A stretch of 64,000 nt of DNA from Fibrobacteria bacterium (GTDB taxonomy: Bacteria > Fibrobacterota > Chitinivibrionia > Chitinivibrionales > FEN-1185), in the NCBI GenBank assembly GCA_037447435.1, contig JBBIGR010000025.1, positions 1 through 64,000 of the forward strand, written 5' to 3'. A model generated the notes under the pieces. The model made no database searches, was not told where the DNA came from, and worked only from the letters and a program-made list of their open reading frames with translations. A program made the translations under genes and the position numbers. Positions 20,379 to 30,339 of this stretch are shown one piece after another. Each line of letters begins with the position of its first letter. Position 1 is the stretch's first letter.

Positions 20379-22460
20379 TTGATTTTGCATAGTAGGTTCC
20401 CGCAGGCATTCCGATTTGCCGTTGCAGTTTTATTTTGTATACTGCCTTCGATAAAGGCCGATACGTTGTCCGTACGTTCACAAGCTCCCCTATCCATTGT
20501 TGGCAGCGATTCCGTACAAATTGGATCACCCCAGATTCCTCCCGTAAAAAAGCAAGACTGCAGCGTAAGTACCAAAATTGACAGAATGGTAGTAACCGCA
20601 AAAAAAAACAAGGAGATCACGCCGTCCAAAGTCACCTTGGATGCAAAATCCTTCTCGGGCAAATACACTGATTTGCAATCGGTTTTGGAAACGGTTTCAG
20701 GCGTGGTCATTTGCAATTCGGGCGGTTTCGGTCATTATGCCGATGCCTCGATACGCGGGAGTTCGACAAATCAAGTTCAGGTGTACCTTGATGGAATCCC
20801 CTTGAACGGTGGCAGCGGCAATGCGGTAGACTTATCCAAGATACCGCTAGCCTCTTTGCAATCGATTACAATTAATAAAAGCATTCCTTCGATAGAGTAT
20901 TTCGGGGACAATGCAGGAGGCATAATTACCCTTTCGACGGATTCGAAAAACGATGCGACAACGGCATCGATTGAATTGGGATCATTCGGATATAAAAGCG
21001 GTACGGCCATGATTTGCAAGACCGTTGGTTCTATGGCTCACAGGTTGTCTGTAAATTACGGATGGTCGGACAATAATTTCCACTACACCGACAGTATCAT
21101 TACCCACGGCCCGACCGTTGCAAATGACGATTCGGTAAAAGGAATGGATAACAATTATTTTTCGGAATTCTCTTCCGTATACTCGAACACCTATGCGATA
21201 GACGATAAAAACAAATTGACTTCCCAAATCTTCATATCGTCGTCAAATGAAGGAATATTTTACCTGCCCGAAGCGGGCAATAACGACGGATCGGTACGAA
21301 ATACTGTTTTGTCTTTGATTGAATCGTATAAGTTTTGCTATAGTCCCAAACTATCGCTTGCGGTAATAGCAAAAGGAAAAACCGAAGACCAGCAATTCCG
21401 CAGGATCAGGCCCTTTTATTTAAGCATCGGGCCGATCGCAAAGGATATCAGCCAGCCGTTTGCGTCTCTGGAAACAATTGTCAAGTCATATGCGACCGCC
21501 TATTGTACCCTTAGCGGAACCGCAGGAATTAGTTACACCGGTTTTACTTTAAATAATCTTCTTGTTTCTTCGGACCAACTTTCGCCGCATTACCGGCGCA
21601 TCATCCCGAAAGCCGGACTCGAAGCCTCCTTCAAAACGCAAAACAGCCTCGATGCCCGGCTGGGAGCAGTTTACCGGTATGAAATCGATTCAACAAACGA
21701 CAGCATCACGCTTTTCGGCTCGATAGTTCCATTCGGCAGGACTTCAAAACAAGGGTTCGGCGGCGCTTTCGCCGACCTGAATTACCGTTTATTCGACAGT
21801 CTTGAACTTTCGGGCCAGCTCCGATACTCCGGGCGAAGTCCGGGGTTTTCGGAAAAGTATTCACAAGGTAGCCATGTGTCCGGCAACCCCGACCTTCGTC
21901 CGGAGTATCGATTGGAATATTCGCTCGGATTATCATTTTCCAATCCCGTATGTCTCATTTCGACTGCAGTTTTTGCCAGTACCACAAAAGACAAGATACT
22001 TTTTTTAGGCCATTCAAACATGTTCATACCAAAAAACGTTTCAAAAGTCGAGGGATGGGGGGTGGAAAACGACATCACCGTATCGCCGTTTTCCTGGATC
22101 TCTGTTGTAAATTCGGTATCCTACATGATCAATACCCTTAACTCGGACGAGATACCGATGTGGAACGGAAACGATGAGCCTCTTTTGCCCCGTTTGATCG
22201 ACAATCTGAATGCAAAAATAACGTATAAAAATTTTTATCTCTCACATTCGGCAAAATTCCAATCGGGCTATTTTACGGACCCCACCAATCTCGATTATAT
22301 CGAAAGTCGGCCGCAATTAGGCGCAACTATCGGATTCTTTTTCGGTGGGAATTTCGATTTATCGTATAGAATCGAAAATTATCTCAACGTACGCGATTAT
22401 GATTTTCAAAGGCCTTTGCCAGGAATAGCCCATTATGTTGTTTTGAAATACAGCTTGTAA
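20379..22460 (+). CDS. btuB: TonB-dependent receptor, probable cobalamin transporter (BtuB-like)
   Basis: TTG start after GGGAGG (ATG 20352 is an alternative); MVVTAKK TonB-box region; SIRGSSTNQVQVYLDG plug; GNPDLRPE; IENYLN; under riboswitch control. Confidence 0.8.
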   Translation: MILHSRFPQAFRFAVAVLFCILPSIKADTLSVRSQAPLSIVGSDSVQIGSPQIPPVKKQDCSVSTKIDRMVVTAKKNKEITPSKVTLDAKSFSGKYTDLQSVLETVSGVVICNSGGFGHYADASIRGSSTNQVQVYLDGIPLNGGSGNAVDLSKIPLASLQSITINKSIPSIEYFGDNAGGIITLSTDSKNDATTASIELGSFGYKSGTAMICKTVGSMAHRLSVNYGWSDNNFHYTDSIITHGPTVANDDSVKGMDNNYFSEFSSVYSNTYAIDDKNKLTSQIFISSSNEGIFYLPEAGNNDGSVRNTVLSLIESYKFCYSPKLSLAVIAKGKTEDQQFRRIRPFYLSIGPIAKDISQPFASLETIVKSYATAYCTLSGTAGISYTGFTLNNLLVSSDQLSPHYRRIIPKAGLEASFKTQNSLDARLGAVYRYEIDSTNDSITLFGSIVPFGRTSKQGFGGAFADLNYRLFDSLELSGQLRYSGRSPGFSEKYSQGSHVSGNPDLRPEYRLEYSLGLSFSNPVCLISTAVFASTTKDKILFLGHSNMFIPKNVSKVEGWGVENDITVSPFSWISVVNSVSYMINTLNSDEIPMWNGNDEPLLPRLIDNLNAKITYKNFYLSHSAKFQSGYFTDPTNLDYIESRPQLGATIGFFFGGNFDLSYRIENYLNVRDYDFQRPLPGIAHYVVLKYSL

Positions 22461-22521
22461 AACATGTAAATACTTCACATTCACCATTAAGGCCGGAAAA
22501 TGCCGGCAAAGGAAAGATCAT

Positions 22522-23646
22522 ATGAAAAAAGGCTTGATCGTTGTATGTGCTGTTTCACTCTTGGCCGTCGGATGCATAAAGAAAGCAAGTCCCGTCGCTT
22601 TTCAAGGCGTGTCCGACCGTGCGGTTGTCGGTGTGACTATTTCGGCCGATTATTCCGCGGGCAATATCGGCCTTTACAGTATCACCGATTCTGTCGCCTA
22701 CAAAAACCTTTTATCTAATTGGATCGACAATGACATCAGAACCTATAACGGCGCCATTTATGTGCTCGAGCGATACGGAAAAGACAATATTCTCAAAATA
22801 AACGGGTCGGTAATCAACGGCACCGCTATTGCGTATGAAAAAAACATAGGAACATCCGTAAACATTCAGGATATTGCCTTTATCAACGACACAAAAGCAT
22901 ATATTACCGAATTGGGTAGCTCAAAATTAGCGATTTTCGATCCTTCTACCGGAACAACATCTGCGAAAACAATAGATTTATCCCCGTACAATACTCATTC
23001 GGGAATACCGAATGCGGATGATTTTCCTTATGCGGCGAAAGCGTTATATTATAACGACAGAGTGTATGTAGCTTGTCAACGGCTTACGGCAACTGCCGGC
23101 GGATTGCTTCTTACGACGGATACCAGTAAAATTCTCGTCATCAATTCGACAAAGGATACGATTGAAAAAGCCATCAATCTCTTCGACAAAAACCCGCAGG
23201 AACTTTCCATTTGCAATGGGAAATTGTATGTCGGCAGTTCCGGAACATGGGCTGTCAATGACGCCGGCGGTATAGAAGTCATCGATTTGGCTACAAACAC
23301 CAACACGGGAACGATCATAGACGAATCCGCCTTTTCCGGCGATATCGCATCGATCATCGTGGTAAGCGATACCAAAGGGTATGCCGTCGTATCGACGCCG
23401 TCATTTTCAACCGAGTTACATTCTTTTAACCCGCAGGCAAAAACCGTTGGGCCGAAAATATCGGGCTTAGACGCTCCTTGCAGCGGTCACATGGCCTTTG
23501 ACGGAACATATGTTTACGTAGGAGACAGAAGCGATAAGACCCCGGGAATAGTGATAATTGATCCGTCGACCGACGCAAAAGTCGGCTCGACAAAAGATAT
23601 CGGACTTCCGCCCAATTCACTTGCATTGCTGGAGACTTCGAAATAA
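22522..23646 (+). CDS. Beta-propeller surface lipoprotein (YncE/BtuG-like), probable cobalamin capture
   Basis: Lipobox LAVGC; repeated KAYIT/KLYVG/VYVGD...VID blades; follows the BtuB-like gene. Confidence 0.7.
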   Translation: MKKGLIVVCAVSLLAVGCIKKASPVAFQGVSDRAVVGVTISADYSAGNIGLYSITDSVAYKNLLSNWIDNDIRTYNGAIYVLERYGKDNILKINGSVINGTAIAYEKNIGTSVNIQDIAFINDTKAYITELGSSKLAIFDPSTGTTSAKTIDLSPYNTHSGIPNADDFPYAAKALYYNDRVYVACQRLTATAGGLLLTTDTSKILVINSTKDTIEKAINLFDKNPQELSICNGKLYVGSSGTWAVNDAGGIEVIDLATNTNTGTIIDESAFSGDIASIIVVSDTKGYAVVSTPSFSTELHSFNPQAKTVGPKISGLDAPCSGHMAFDGTYVYVGDRSDKTPGIVIIDPSTDAKVGSTKDIGLPPNSLALLETSK

Positions 23647-23654
23647 AAAAACAC

Positions 23655-23692
23655 ACGGTCTTATTTGCTATAATAATCGCAAATAAGGCCGT
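23655..23692. terminator. Hairpin terminator between convergent genes
   Basis: ACGGTCTTATTTGC/GCAAATAAGGCCGT 14-bp stem; T-rich tail on the minus strand. Confidence 0.75.
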
Positions 23693-23721
23693 AGTATAAA
23701 ATCTTTATAATAATTTACATT

Positions 23722-26700
23722 TTACTGTATTTTTATCAATGTGCTTCCCGATTTCTGGCTTTCGTAATTGAGCCTGATATAATCGGCGCTCATTGCTTTT
23801 TTGATCATCCTCAATTCGTCGATTTTTCCGGAAAACGCTTCAGCTGGATTCAAGCTCCAGGACCCGATATTCCACGGATTATTATTATCCGGAATCGCAG
23901 GAGCAGGGGTTCCTAAATTCTTTTGAATTAACAAAACCCCATTATAATAAAATTTCAAAGTTTGTCCATCATAGGTACCTGTCAAACAACTCCAAGTTTT
24001 AATCGGCAGGGAATTGTCTCCGTCTGCACCGGCGTAATTGTTTTGATTCGCTCCGACATAAAACCTTGTGGCCGACGTTGTTACCTCACCTACTTCAAGA
24101 GAATAGATCAGATAGGGCGTTACGTAGTTTGTCCAAGGTTTGCTCAGAATTTTTCCAAATAGCACGGCATTCACCGGATATACCCACGCGCTCAAGGTTA
24201 TGGTTGGAGAAGTAGGGATTGTCCCCACCGAAAGATATGCATTGTTTGCGAAACTATCGGCAGAGGCGATTATACCCGTTCCTGTCCGAAGCGACGTTTG
24301 GGTCGGCGGTGAGGCAAGCGTTGCATTATAGGCATTTTGTGCAGAGTTAAGGTTTTGCCCTTTTACTGCATCATTGACATGCCATACTCCTTCGTACCCA
24401 TCCGCAGTGTCGAATACGCGGGTTGACGCCATGGGCGAAAGTACGGCATTGTTTCCAGACAACAATCGGAACTTTTGGGTGTTATTGTTCGCAAAAACCG
24501 TATCGACCTTTACCCAAATCTCGGCAACTTGTGCGGAACTGTCGTACCGTTCGATTTCAAAGGGAAGCGGCATCCCATCTCCTTTTGTAAATCTCAGATC
24601 GGAACCGTTGCCCAGAGCCTTGCCAAAAGAGAAATTTCCCGAATTGAGCCTTACCAATAAAGGATAATTATACACATCGGCCGATAAAATGGAAATTCCG
24701 TTTTGAACGGTTTGGACAATAACATCTTTTTTCAATCCCACCAGTATGGGATAAAAAACCGAATCTCTATGCCCTGCCATGTCGGTAATGGAAATGCTTA
24801 CGGTATCGAATCCATGCAACGAAAACATCTCGGGATACAGCACGACAATAAATGACTTTGTCGTATCAACGGTAAATTCCGACCGGGTCGTTGGAAAACG
24901 GATTTTTACTTGTTGATGATCGTAAGTCGACAAATCCGGATCGATAACCGAACAAAACAACGTCTCGGGTATAGTCACATTTGTCAAATCGAGGGAGTTT
25001 CCCCACATCGGTATCGTATGGGTGATTTTAAGCGAACACGGCCGGTTGGGCGGAACAACGGTTATCGCGGGTAACGGCATTATCGTATCATTCACGCCGA
25101 CACTGTCTTTGACGGTAATCAAAAGTTGGTGATAGCCGGTATCGGAAAGTTGCGGTTTCCAAGCAAACATGGTGTTTGCTTGCGATACGGTACTTGCAAA
25201 CAACGGTACAGAACTCCCGAGAAATGCAACCGAAAAATGATATTGCGGATATCCCTTGGTAACGGTTAACGCCTGCAAAATGGAATCTTTGCCCGCTTCC
25301 AGCACCTTGGGAAATACGGCAGAGGCCGTTTGAAAGCGTACAAGGCCCGACGAGTCCTTAAAAACCATGAATTTCCAATTAAGAAACACTTCTTTGGAAA
25401 TGGTGTCGCGTACGGAAAAAACCACGGTCTTGCTTCCCGTGTCCACGGCGGTCGGCGCATACGACAATACCCATTTGTTAAATCCCGCGCTTGTTAGTGT
25501 CATCGTTCTGGGCAATATGCTTGTTTTTAAATCGGCGACATCGTATTCGGGATCTTCGACGACAATGGTATCGACGTATTTTGTTCCTGCGTAAAAATAC
25601 GCGGGAAACGGGTTCGGATGCTCGATCACGGGATCATTGTTTTCCGTTACCGTAAAGGTTTCCTCTTTCACGTTCCCGGATGAGTCGACAACAGATAAAA
25701 CGACCGGAGTATAGGGATGAGAAAACGAAAAATCCTGGATCGACCATGCCGATGCATTTTGCGTTTCGTTACTAAGCGGACGATTATTGGCCGACACCGA
25801 CCGCACTCCGCTGATTTGATCGATGGCGATTACCCTGATGACGCCGAGGGGCCTGGTTGTGGACACCCGCATTTCAACGGTCGAAACGGGATTGTTGTCA
25901 ACGGTGACATCGAGGATTTGAGGTTTGGCGGTATCGACCATAAACGGATCGCGGATTATCGTAATGGTAGTGTCGGCATAGACAAGGGACTTCACCATGG
26001 CAATTGCTTTCACGGTATTATTTCCCGTACTGCACGGAATGGTCCAGGATAACGTTGGGCTTGATTTACCAATTGTCATTTGGGGATTTACCGGTGTCCC
26101 GTTCACCGTGATGCTTACTTGGGCGGAATCGTTTCCCGTATTGTCGACGCCAAGTAAAAAATCGAAAAGCCCTTTTTTGGTATATGCCAATATCTCGGGC
26201 GGGTTAATTAATCGGAATTGCACGAATTTCGACTTTGGACCGGAAGCATCGTAATACAATGAAAAAGTCCGTTTTGTCGTGTTTTTATATTTATCCGTTG
26301 CGATAACCGTCGCAAACAACGGTTTCGATGCGGTGTACGCGCCCATGCCGGTAAACGTTTTTTTAAATATTGTCCTGTCGGAATTCACCCAATCGAAGCC
26401 ATTGCCGACAAATTCGACCGAATCGACCGAGGCACCTGCCTGATCTGCAATGAAAACCGAAAAGTCCAAAAAGTCTTCACCGGTGACCACAATATCGGGG
26501 GCATCGCTGCGGACCCCTTTACTGATGCAAGATATCGACGGCCCGATTGTCGCGTCGAAACGGTATAGAAAACGCGCTTGCGGCGAACGTATCGCGCCTG
26601 TTGAATCCTCGACCCAAAGAAATCCTGTGTCAATGGCACCAACCGGAATGTTTTGAACCATTTCCTCGTTGCCGGAAGCGAATTGCTTTTTATACAACAC

Positions 26701-27225
26701 GTTTTTGCCCTGATACGTACCGAATGACCACACATAATTCACCCGGTCGGAAACGCCGGGGGTGGACAAGGTACAGGGCATTCCCAAAACGCCGGAAATG
26801 ATTTTTTGACTCAGCGGCGAAAAGACGCGTACCGATAACGCTTGGGACTGGTACGAAACGTCGCCGTTGGTGCGAAAGGTTTTTATTGAAATCGATTTTG
26901 TTCCGACGTCATTGAATGAGAGCAGAAAACGAAATTCCATTGTCGGCGAATCGCAAAACACCGTATCGTCTTTCCACAATCTGTTTGAATCCGCATGAAT
27001 GATGAACTTTTGGATTTTCTCCCTGTTTGTCGCGTAGACCCAAAGCGTTTCCGTTGAGAAAATCGAAACGCTGTCCTTTTTCGCAATGGAACTTTTTTCG
27101 GTCAACACCCGTATTTGCGCATTAAGAAAGTTGTCGAACGGATTGTAATCGTTTGAACAAAGCAACAATAGAGGCAATATCATAAGAATGAATATTCGCA
27201 AGGAATGTCTCCTAATGATTGGCAT
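23722..27225 (-). CDS. Large lipoprotein with Ig/cadherin-like repeats, DUF2341 and C-terminal LamG (concanavalin-like) domain
   Basis: LLLLC-SND lipobox-like signal; YPLLVRL...GSDLRF...LPFEIERYD...AEIWVKV (DUF2341); TLSAWV, TYDG..LKFYYNG, FSGKIDELR (LamG). Confidence 0.8.
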   Translation of the reverse strand: MPIIRRHSLRIFILMILPLLLLCSNDYNPFDNFLNAQIRVLTEKSSIAKKDSVSIFSTETLWVYATNREKIQKFIIHADSNRLWKDDTVFCDSPTMEFRFLLSFNDVGTKSISIKTFRTNGDVSYQSQALSVRVFSPLSQKIISGVLGMPCTLSTPGVSDRVNYVWSFGTYQGKNVLYKKQFASGNEEMVQNIPVGAIDTGFLWVEDSTGAIRSPQARFLYRFDATIGPSISCISKGVRSDAPDIVVTGEDFLDFSVFIADQAGASVDSVEFVGNGFDWVNSDRTIFKKTFTGMGAYTASKPLFATVIATDKYKNTTKRTFSLYYDASGPKSKFVQFRLINPPEILAYTKKGLFDFLLGVDNTGNDSAQVSITVNGTPVNPQMTIGKSSPTLSWTIPCSTGNNTVKAIAMVKSLVYADTTITIIRDPFMVDTAKPQILDVTVDNNPVSTVEMRVSTTRPLGVIRVIAIDQISGVRSVSANNRPLSNETQNASAWSIQDFSFSHPYTPVVLSVVDSSGNVKEETFTVTENNDPVIEHPNPFPAYFYAGTKYVDTIVVEDPEYDVADLKTSILPRTMTLTSAGFNKWVLSYAPTAVDTGSKTVVFSVRDTISKEVFLNWKFMVFKDSSGLVRFQTASAVFPKVLEAGKDSILQALTVTKGYPQYHFSVAFLGSSVPLFASTVSQANTMFAWKPQLSDTGYHQLLITVKDSVGVNDTIMPLPAITVVPPNRPCSLKITHTIPMWGNSLDLTNVTIPETLFCSVIDPDLSTYDHQQVKIRFPTTRSEFTVDTTKSFIVVLYPEMFSLHGFDTVSISITDMAGHRDSVFYPILVGLKKDVIVQTVQNGISILSADVYNYPLLVRLNSGNFSFGKALGNGSDLRFTKGDGMPLPFEIERYDSSAQVAEIWVKVDTVFANNNTQKFRLLSGNNAVLSPMASTRVFDTADGYEGVWHVNDAVKGQNLNSAQNAYNATLASPPTQTSLRTGTGIIASADSFANNAYLSVGTIPTSPTITLSAWVYPVNAVLFGKILSKPWTNYVTPYLIYSLEVGEVTTSATRFYVGANQNNYAGADGDNSLPIKTWSCLTGTYDGQTLKFYYNGVLLIQKNLGTPAPAIPDNNNPWNIGSWSLNPAEAFSGKIDELRMIKKAMSADYIRLNYESQKSGSTLIKIQ

Positions 27226-27272
27226 GGGCCATGGTGCCGAGGTTTACCGAGTGTATAGTTTCTTTATAGACG

Positions 27273-28238
27273 CTAAAAAGTAAAACTCCACCAAAACCCT
27301 GTAGCACCCAAAACAGCGATCAGCGCTCCGGCCGCTGTTTCCAGAATGCTTGTATTTCGCTTATCGCGTGTTTTAGTCCAGCTGTCCTGGAACGGATAAT
27401 TTTTTAAGACAAGCGGATCATCGGTACTTATCCGGTTCAAAGATTCCTGATTTTCATGCCATTGAACGCCATAATAGGCCGCACACGCCGAGCCTGCCAA
27501 AAACGCCACTAATCCGCCATACCGCAAACTATTGCGTTTAGCGGCAAGCGGATCCTTGATAAAATTGACAGGTACGCCGTCGACCATTGCATCATTGGCG
27601 GATAATATATAGCTGTACGGTGAGTTACCGACATCCTGTTCCTTACTTTCGATAGTCAGATTTCCCTTTCCGTTACTGCGGAATAAAACCTGATCGAGCC
27701 GGATAAATCGAGTGTCGGAAACAATGCCGTATACGGAAAAGGATACGGAACAAAAAGCCATATTCGTACCGAAACCGCTGTTATGGATATAAATTCCATC
27801 CCAATCGAACGGGTTCGGCAGTAAAGCCGAATTCGCATTGACGTTTTGATCGTTTTCGGAGGTAAAAACAATGGGATTTTCCTTTGTCCCCAAAGCCACA
27901 AGCTTTCCCACGACGTGCAAACCCGTGAAATTTTTAAATAAAAATTTTGTGCCTTTTTCAATGGTAACGGTCTTATCTACCGGGACCTCCAAGGTACTCA
28001 CGACGATATAGGGATTCGGCTTGCATTTTATAACAGCCGGCAGCATCCCTGCCAATGTATCGAGACGCATGGGCCCGGCGTTGGTCTGATGTACGGTCGT
28101 ATGAGAAAGCTGGAGCGAATCCTTTGAATTTTTTAAAAGAGCCGTATCCTCATCGCTATTCTGACAAAATGCGCTCGGCAAAAAAAATGTACAAATTGTC
28201 AAGAAGCTGCAAAACGCATTTATAAATCTATGATGCAT
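27273..28238 (-). CDS. Secreted/membrane protein with beta-helix-like region and C-terminal double hydrophobic helix
   Basis: Signal peptide; PYIV...VTIEKGT...GTKENPIVFTS...WDGI motif seen in beta-helix surface proteins; two hydrophobic segments; ends WWSFTF. Confidence 0.6.
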   Translation of the reverse strand: MHHRFINAFCSFLTICTFFLPSAFCQNSDEDTALLKNSKDSLQLSHTTVHQTNAGPMRLDTLAGMLPAVIKCKPNPYIVVSTLEVPVDKTVTIEKGTKFLFKNFTGLHVVGKLVALGTKENPIVFTSENDQNVNANSALLPNPFDWDGIYIHNSGFGTNMAFCSVSFSVYGIVSDTRFIRLDQVLFRSNGKGNLTIESKEQDVGNSPYSYILSANDAMVDGVPVNFIKDPLAAKRNSLRYGGLVAFLAGSACAAYYGVQWHENQESLNRISTDDPLVLKNYPFQDSWTKTRDKRNTSILETAAGALIAVLGATGFWWSFTF

Positions 28239-28247
28239 GGGAAGTAC

Positions 28248-30089
28248 CTATCCTTTTACGGTTTTCATTTTTGCGGCCATGCGCTGTAATTCCTGAGTTG
28301 CAACGCCGTTATAGCGATGGGATGGATCGGGCCGAAGTACGTCTTTAAGTTGCCACCATGCTGCCAAAGCGTTTTTATACGTTAGCTCCGTGGGTGCAGA
28401 ATCGAAGGTTGCCGTTTCACATAAAGCCGAATAATAAAACGCTTCACGTTTTAAAACTTCGAAATCGATAAACAAATGGGGCGAGGTGAGGCTCTTATCA
28501 AGAAGCTTTTTCGATTCCTGAAATCTTCCGGCATTATAGGCAAGCTTTGCCCGTTCAAGATATACTTCCCCGTCGCTTTGCGTTACGGCGGCACAGACTT
28601 TTGCCATTTGCGACTGCTGACCCAAGAAATCGAGGGCCCTTATTCGCAAAATCATTGCATGAAGCGATTTTTTCACATCCGGCGACAAGGAATCGTATAA
28701 ATCGAGCACTAATTTCATGTTCCTTTGCTTTATTTCCTTTTCCATTATCACAACAAGGTCATCGGTATCGTATTTCTCTTTGAGCACGGTAAGAGGCGAC
28801 AAAGAGCGTTTCACGGCCTTCTGCAAAGGATCGTGCTCTGATTGACGGCTTTTTTGCACGATTTTAGTCTCGACAATGACCTTTTTCACCGTATCGAGGG
28901 GAATCTGTTTTGTCGCCTTAATCACGTTTTGTTCCGGCACACTTCTGTTCACAGCAAATTGCAACGACTGAGATTTTTGCCGTGCTTTACGATCGTGAAT
29001 TTGCAAAAAAAGAAAACCCGAAGATCCGAGTAAAAAGAGTACGGCCGTCGAAATAACCGCCATTCGAATCCGCGATTGCATTTTACGACTTGTCACTATA
29101 ATTTTGCCGTCGGACGGGTTTGCCAAAAACTCGGCAATTGCCGCCTCCGGGGATTTATCGCAAATATCGGCATGAATCGCAGTTAATTCGTCAAGGAGTA
29201 CTGCTGCGGAAGGTATTCTTTTTTGCGGATCATGTTCCATACACCGATGGATGACGCGTCGAAGCCTCACCGGGATATCGAGCGAATATTGTTCGAGCGG
29301 GATGAACTTGTTTTTTTGTTTACTTTCAATAAGCGCCGGAAATGCGGTTTGCGGAAACGCGACCCAGCCCGACACCATTTCGTACAGGGAAACGCCGAGT
29401 GCGTATAAATCGGTGCGAACATCGAGCTTTTTTTTATCAAGCTGTTCCGGGGCCAAATATTGAAGCGTGCCGATGACCGAATCATCGAGCGTATGGAAAG
29501 AAACATCGGGGGGACGCGCTATGCCGAAGTCCATGAGCTTGACAAAGCCGTGCGTACTGATCATGATGTTTTGGGGTTTTAAATCGCGATGAATGACGCC
29601 GTGATATTCTTTTCCGTAAATAGTGCAATCCTGATTATGCGCATAGTCGAGGGCTCTACAAATCAAAATGCCCACCGCCGTGCAAACCTGCGGAGGCATT
29701 GCCCCGCGTTGAAGAATCAATGAGTCCAGCCCTACCCCGTCTATTCGCTCCATTTCGATATACGGCAATCCTTGCCATTCGCCGACACTATGGATTTCAA
29801 CGATATTGGGATGAGACAGTTTTGCGCTGATTTTTATTTCGGTTTGAAACCGTTCTTGGCCGTCTACCGAGGTACTCGGTTTCATAACCTTGACTGCACG
29901 GTACACCTCCAATTGTGAATTCCAGATCTCATAAACAGCAGCCATTCCCCCTTGTCCAAGTACTTTGGTCACAATACCTGAACCGAGAGGATTTTTGTCC
30001 TGGCCGTTAGGCAAAATAACTGCCTGATACAAACCCTGTACCTGACTGTTTTTTTTATGTATCGAGGTGTTTTGTGATTCGATATCCAT
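28248..30089 (-). CDS. Hanks-type transmembrane Ser/Thr protein kinase with TPR-like extracytoplasmic C-terminus
   Basis: GQGGMAAVY, AVK, HRDLKPQN, DFGIAR, GTLQYLAPEQ, DLYALG; one TM helix; helical TPR-like tail. Confidence 0.92.
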   Translation of the reverse strand: MDIESQNTSIHKKNSQVQGLYQAVILPNGQDKNPLGSGIVTKVLGQGGMAAVYEIWNSQLEVYRAVKVMKPSTSVDGQERFQTEIKISAKLSHPNIVEIHSVGEWQGLPYIEMERIDGVGLDSLILQRGAMPPQVCTAVGILICRALDYAHNQDCTIYGKEYHGVIHRDLKPQNIMISTHGFVKLMDFGIARPPDVSFHTLDDSVIGTLQYLAPEQLDKKKLDVRTDLYALGVSLYEMVSGWVAFPQTAFPALIESKQKNKFIPLEQYSLDIPVRLRRVIHRCMEHDPQKRIPSAAVLLDELTAIHADICDKSPEAAIAEFLANPSDGKIIVTSRKMQSRIRMAVISTAVLFLLGSSGFLFLQIHDRKARQKSQSLQFAVNRSVPEQNVIKATKQIPLDTVKKVIVETKIVQKSRQSEHDPLQKAVKRSLSPLTVLKEKYDTDDLVVIMEKEIKQRNMKLVLDLYDSLSPDVKKSLHAMILRIRALDFLGQQSQMAKVCAAVTQSDGEVYLERAKLAYNAGRFQESKKLLDKSLTSPHLFIDFEVLKREAFYYSALCETATFDSAPTELTYKNALAAWWQLKDVLRPDPSHRYNGVATQELQRMAAKMKTVKG

Positions 30090-30339
30090 GCAAAGACGAT
30101 CCAAATAATTGTGATTAACCAAATTTGGTCAAAGGTACCAATAATACATAATTATAGCAATAGGGACAATTTTTGCATAGGCATTTTTTATAAAAATTGA
30201 TTAAACATCAATAAAACATCGGTATATCATTATATCGTTGTATTCCGGACCTATTGCTACAATCGGAGGAAAATGGGATAAGGTATATTATACTCGAACA
30301 TTTGAAGTAAAAATCCCTTTAGAATGAGAATTTTAATCA

